Source: Oikopleura dioica
Lineage: Eukaryota; Animalia; Chordata
Assembly: GCA_907165135.1 (NCBI GenBank)
Contig: OU015569.1
Coordinates: 930,001-994,000 of the forward strand
Length of the DNA stretch: 64,000 nt
Reading direction: 5' to 3'
Notes under the pieces: generated by a model
What the model was told of the DNA's origin: nothing
Seen by the model: the letters and a program-made list of their open reading frames with translations, nothing else
The model's database searches: none
Position numbers and translations under genes: made by a program
Shown: positions 59,150-64,000 of the stretch, one piece after another
How the letters are laid out: every line of letters begins with the position of its first letter
Numbering within the stretch: the stretch's first letter is position 1

Positions 59150-60920
59150 GAGAAAGAAAGAAATGCAAGGAGCGGGCGAGGCAATTGCTGGGCCACATAA
59201 TTTGTGATGGCTAGGCAGTAATGAACCGGTTGGTCACAGGGCGGTTGATTGAATCAGCCCGACCGTGTTTGTCCACGTTTCGCTAAAATAGAGAAAGAAG
59301 GGGCTGCTTGTGTTCGGGTGTTGGCTCCACACAACGCGCTACAGGTGTGATGCAACGTTTTCGAAATTACGTTTTAGAACAAAAACTTTGTTTCACGGAA
59401 CCTCTACAATTAAATACGCGCCGCGGAGAGTTCCATCGCGGTTCAATCGACGCGATTTTAGACGGCTTATTAAAGGAGTGACTTATCACTTGTTCTGGAA
59501 GTAATAATTAATGAACAGATCTCGATAATATCAAGATCCTTGCTTGATTTTTGCTATAGTTATCTGTCCACCCAGAGTTGCAAATTTTGCTCTATTTTCG
59601 CTGAGCTGACCTGAGTAAAAAATTCTCTGAGCTGAGCTGGCCTTTTTCAGAGGAAATTGAGCGGAGCTGAGCTGAGCAGACCATTTTTAAGGTAGTTGAG
59701 CGGAGCTGAGCGGACCCTAATTAGAGCTGAGCTGAGCTGATTGAGCTGAGCTGAGCTGTTTTTTACTGTGTTTTTAGTAGTAAAATTGAGTTAAATTAAT
59801 TTTAACCAAAAAAGGTGGATTCTGAGTTGCAAATTTGCTGAGCTGAGCTGAGCTGAGTGAAAATTGTCTGAGCTGAGCAGATCAGATCATTTTCAAAAAT
59901 TACTGAGCTGAGCTGGGCTGAGCGACTGCTCAGCTTACTCAGCTAGGTCAGCTCACTCAGCTCAGCAAATTTGCAACTCAGAATCCACCTTTTTTGGTTA
60001 AAATTGATTTGGTTATTGAAAATTGAAGGACACGAGTCTAGATGCTCTTGAATTGAACAAAATACTCGTGCTGTAAACATTTCCTTGGTGCCGTCGAGAA
60101 CCGAGAAGCAGTTTTTGTTCCCTCTGAAGAATATCTTTGTTGGATCGTCGACACCTTTTTTTGGGAGAGCGAGAGTTAAAAATTTTTAGAAGAGCCTCGC
60201 GACCCATAATTCGCAACCTTATCGCCTCAACGTAGCGGACGTCGTGTTATCGGCGCCTATATCGCGTAGTATGTACTTTGAGGAAAACAAACGCCAGCAT
60301 TTGAAATATCCGGTGTCGATCCCGCTTCGTTAAATTACATAGGAGAGCACCATTCAAAAGAAAATACGAAACAAGGGACGAGTTTCTAAGGCGTTCAAAA
60401 AATTCAAGTTCCACTGGCGATTAGCATTTTCTAAGGTCTTCAAAAGAGGATTCCTCTCTCTTTTCTTGTCTCCTTTCCTAGTTTCATCGCCTCGAGTTCT
60501 GCCATTTCGAAGCTGATTTCAATTTTATCAGAGCCACATTCCAGGTTCGGCCCTTTCTTCTTATCGGCATTTTTAAGCTTATCCCAGGTGCTCAAATTCT
60601 AAGTTTACAAATTTTAAAGAACCTTCGACAGATTCATCGATGAACTGAGCCGATAGTGTTCATCAAAAAAAGTCACCAAAAAACCATGATCAATTATATC
60701 CGCTCCTCTGTAATTACAAAAATTGAGACCACGTTGAAGCTCTAGAATCCATCTTGGTAACCAAATTCTTCAAAAAAGCTTCTCTCGTGAAGGAAAAATC
60801 TCTCTCTCTCTTTTTTAGACCTGGTTCCTTGACAGCTGAATTTTCAAAGCGAGCCAAGAGGCGATCGTTTTTGAACTGAGCAAAAGTCAGTCCGAGAAAA
60901 ACTGCTAAAATCAGGCGCAT
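59150..60920 (-). CDS. 5' part of a secreted ZP-N-type protein gene
   Basis: Signal peptide MRLILAVFLGLTFAQ (ATG 60920). Exons with LECGSDKIEISF, IFFRGNKNCFS and RRVFNCR resemble the ZP-N cysteine spacing. Confidence 0.5.
59573..59981. mobile_element. MITE family B composite
   Basis: CAGAGTTGCAAATTT ends, with an internal second start at ~59820 whose inverted repeat extends ~25 bp into the flank. Confidence 0.78.
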
Positions 60921-61152
60921 TTTTCGCGGCAAATTTCTGACTGAATGAAACGGGGCTAAACAATTTCTAATAAATAGTGAATCGATTAGTGCACCATAGA
61001 GGTGGTGGAGAGAAAAAAATTTGGGAAGACAGCAACACTGTGACGAATCGCGGCCACAAGATTTACTACCCCTTCATGATGGATTCCTCCATCATCCAGT
61101 GTTGAGCCAGTCAAAGGACTTACGAAGCCCGGCAGTCGGGCTTTGTGATGTC

Positions 61153-61778
61153 CAGACTCTGGACTCCAGAGTTGCAAATTTGCTAAGTGAGTGAGCTTTT
61201 TTTAAGGTAGTTGAGCTGAGCTGAGCAGACCCTAATTAGAGCTGAGCTGGTTGAGCTGAGCCGTTTTTTTCCTGTGTTGTTAGTAGTAAAATTGTGCTAA
61301 AATCATTGAGCTGAGCTGAGTGAGCAGTCAGCTCAGCTCAGCGATTTTCGAAAATGATCTGATCTGCTCAGCTCAGCTCAAATATTTTAACACAGTTTTA
61401 CTACAAAATCACAGTAAAAAAACAGCTTAGCTCAACCAGCTCAGCTCTAATTAGGGTCCGCTCAGCTCAGCTCAACTACCCTTAAAAAAGGGTTTGCTCA
61501 GCTCAGCTCCGCTCAATGACCTCTGAGAAAGGCCAGCTAAAAACACAGTAAAAAACAGCTCAGCTCAACCAGCTCAGCTCTAATTAGGGTCCGCTCAGCT
61601 CAGCTCAGCTCAACTACCTTTAAAAAAGGTCTGCTCAGCTCAGCTTCGCTCAACGACCTCTGAAAAAGCTCAGCTCAGCTCAGCTCAGTAACCTCCAAAA
61701 ATAAGCCACCTCAGCTCAGAGAAATTTTTACTCAGATCAGCTCAGCTCAGGAAAAATGGAGCAAAATTTGCAACTCTG
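61153..61778. mobile_element. MITE family B composite with 8 bp TSD
   Basis: GTGATGTC|CAGA ... GCAACTCTG|GTGATGTC. Several internal CTCAG modules in both orientations. Confidence 0.82.
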
Positions 61779-63305
61779 GTGATGTCGACCCTCGCCGTTA
61801 TGAAAGAAGATGCACATGAACCGGAAGATGGCGAAGTAAACACCAGTCGTGGCTCCGAGTCACAAGTATACTCTATCATAATTCTTCGAAGATTCTTTCC
61901 ACTTCCGGAATCTGGCTAACGAGACCACGTTCGCTTGCTCTCACAGAAAGAAGAAGCGAGTACCTGGCAATTACTTATTAGCAGTTTTTATATTTTGCCC
62001 AATCGAAAATTATCTAAAAGGTCAGCAATCGAATTAAGCTATTTATTGACGAATGCTGGACATAGCTCTTTCTCAAGGGCGCTACTCTACCTCTTGAAGG
62101 GCTCTTTTACCTAATAACAGAGTTAATAACAGTCGAAAGAAATTGATAATCAACTTCAGCCAAATCGACTTTGCTCGCAACCAGAAACGAAACTATTCAT
62201 TAATCCGTTACACGCGAAAACTTTACAAGAGAAAATCAAACTCGAAAAAGTTACAAATCGCGAAAACTGTAATTTGCGCGATAACGCCTCGCCGATTGAG
62301 GGTTCGTTAGTTGAGCCACTGGACCGCAGTTTTCGAAAAGTTGATCCACAAAAGGGGCCACTTTTCGTGTCTCTCATCATTTTCGCCCAGCAGTCATTAA
62401 TACAGTCATGCGAGGGTAATCTACAGCCGCAGAAGTGCTCACAAGCTCATTCCGTTCCAAATGTGGTCAAATTCACGCGTCTGCCTCCGCCCAAAAACCT
62501 CTCATTTCACAATCTTGCAGCTGAGCAGCGATAAAGCAGCGAGCGAGCTCGTTGAGTATAAACGCGCTAAAACGGCACTCTTTCTTCAAAGCGTAGAAAG
62601 CTGATTTTCAGCGGGGAGAATTGGATTTTAAATTAAATATTTACCCTTTGTTATCCCTCTGATTATCTGTTGCCCAAGCTTGAGCTCACTTTTATGAAAT
62701 GTTCCAAGGACATAAATAAATCTTCTTGCGGTCGCAGCGGATATCGCGAGACCTGTTTAAATTTGGCGGAGCTAATTTTCGCGAAAAAATTGGATAACAA
62801 TTGACGGCCCTTTGAAGTTGTCTCTTCCAAAGAAGCTCTAGAATCTCTTGTTATTTTGAGATTCATGAAATTCAAAAAGCAAGAAATTAGTCAAAAAGAG
62901 AGAACAAAAATCATCTCTAGAATCTCTAAAAATCACGTGATATTGACATGGGACCGGGCTTTATAAAGAAAGCGCTTTCCGAATTTTCCTCAGTTCGCTT
63001 TTCAGAGTGAATCGGACAAGTCCGACGCCGCAAAAATTTAGGTACGTATTCATGTTGAGTTTGTAGTAAGCTCACTACACACTATTTTAGTAGCTTGTTC
63101 TACAACTGCGTTGAGCAATCCCCTTCTTTGGAGAAAGCCGTGGAAATCCACAGCGCAGTGGATAATTTGTACTTCTTCAAAAAAGAAGATCACTCCTATG
63201 GAACCTGAATAAAATCAATTTTCTCACCCCAATTTAAAATCCAGATTATTGTTTTTTCAAAACTTTAATCTTTTGCTTGTCTCTCTCTTTCCGTTTATTG
63301 CAGGA

Positions 63306-63536
63306 CTGGGCCCGGCAACCTTTGTTAAAAGCCTGAATCAGGGTCTGAAAGAACTGAAATGAAAAGCCGCGTAGCGGCTTTTTTAAAAACAAAGCCGCGA
63401 AGCGGCTTCGCTAATATTACCGTTTTAATCTACTAAATCTTCAGGCGAAGCCGCGCTGCGGCTTCGTTTTTAAAAAAGCCGCGTAGCGGCTTTTACTTCA
63501 GTTCTTTCAGACCCTGACTCAGGTTGCCGAGCCCAG
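63306..63536. mobile_element. MITE family A copy with perfect 8 bp TSD
   Basis: TTGCAGGA|CTGGGCCCGG ... CCGAGCCCAG|TTGCAGGA. Confidence 0.88.
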
Positions 63537-64000
63537 TTGCAGGATGCAGGTTTATTCGCTTTTGATTCAGTAACTACAGTAGTTGCGGGTTCTGTTTTCT
63601 GCATAAACATGGAGTAGTCTACGAATATGCGCCTGTAATTATCGCCTGTATACAAAGTGTCAGTAAGCAAGCAAGCAGTGAGTTTAGAGCTGCGGCTAAT
63701 GAAATTCGTAGAAAACGCCAAGAGAGGCTTTTCGCATTCTTTCCGGCAAAAGCAACTGTAATACGTGTTTTGACACGGTTTTGTAAATTCGAAACCGCCC
63801 AACGTGAACGCTGGTTAGTTACCATTCTCGGGCGCTAATTTATTTTCCCCAAGCAACAAGTGGCACCACGACAGAACGCGCTGATCCACTCAAAGACATT
63901 CTGTATTATTCTTTTTTATTATGATTCCAGAGCTAACATATTTATAACCAAGTAGTCGCGAAAGAGTGAGCATGTTTCTTTTATTGATCTGATTCGTTCG

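Noticed and set aside
61780-63200. Scattered coding-like segments on the + strand
   Set aside because: Could not assemble a consistent gene model or assign a product.

Overview
Eukaryotic, gene-dense DNA with very short introns, frequent non-canonical (GA/GC) splice donors and many small non-autonomous DNA transposons. This pattern suggests an appendicularian tunicate such as Oikopleura (inference, not verified). Host genes include a PLAC8-like gene, a TM-RING gene, mucin/low-complexity genes, a possible peptide precursor, an F-box gene, a tandem RNase H1 hybrid-binding-domain gene, an AMPA/kainate-type ionotropic glutamate receptor, a nicotinic-type Cys-loop receptor and ZP-domain gene(s). 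The dominant feature is a ~14.85 kb tyrosine-recombinase (YR) retrotransposon at 44137-58985. It belongs to the DIRS group, with PAT-like split direct repeats A1...B1-A2-spacer-B2, and both repeat pairs appear identical by eye. It carries RT-RNaseH-methyltransferase, an RG-rich ORF, a YR and three large uncharacterised ORFs. Unusually, its genes are split by many short spliceosomal introns, including ones between RT, MT and YR motifs and several with probable GA donors. Most ORFs are preceded by a splice acceptor and followed by a polyA signal, like a trans-spliced operon. Just left of it lies a ~2.1 kb long-inverted-repeat element enclosing a TMEM144-like gene fragment with in-frame stops. 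All exon/intron calls were made by eye.
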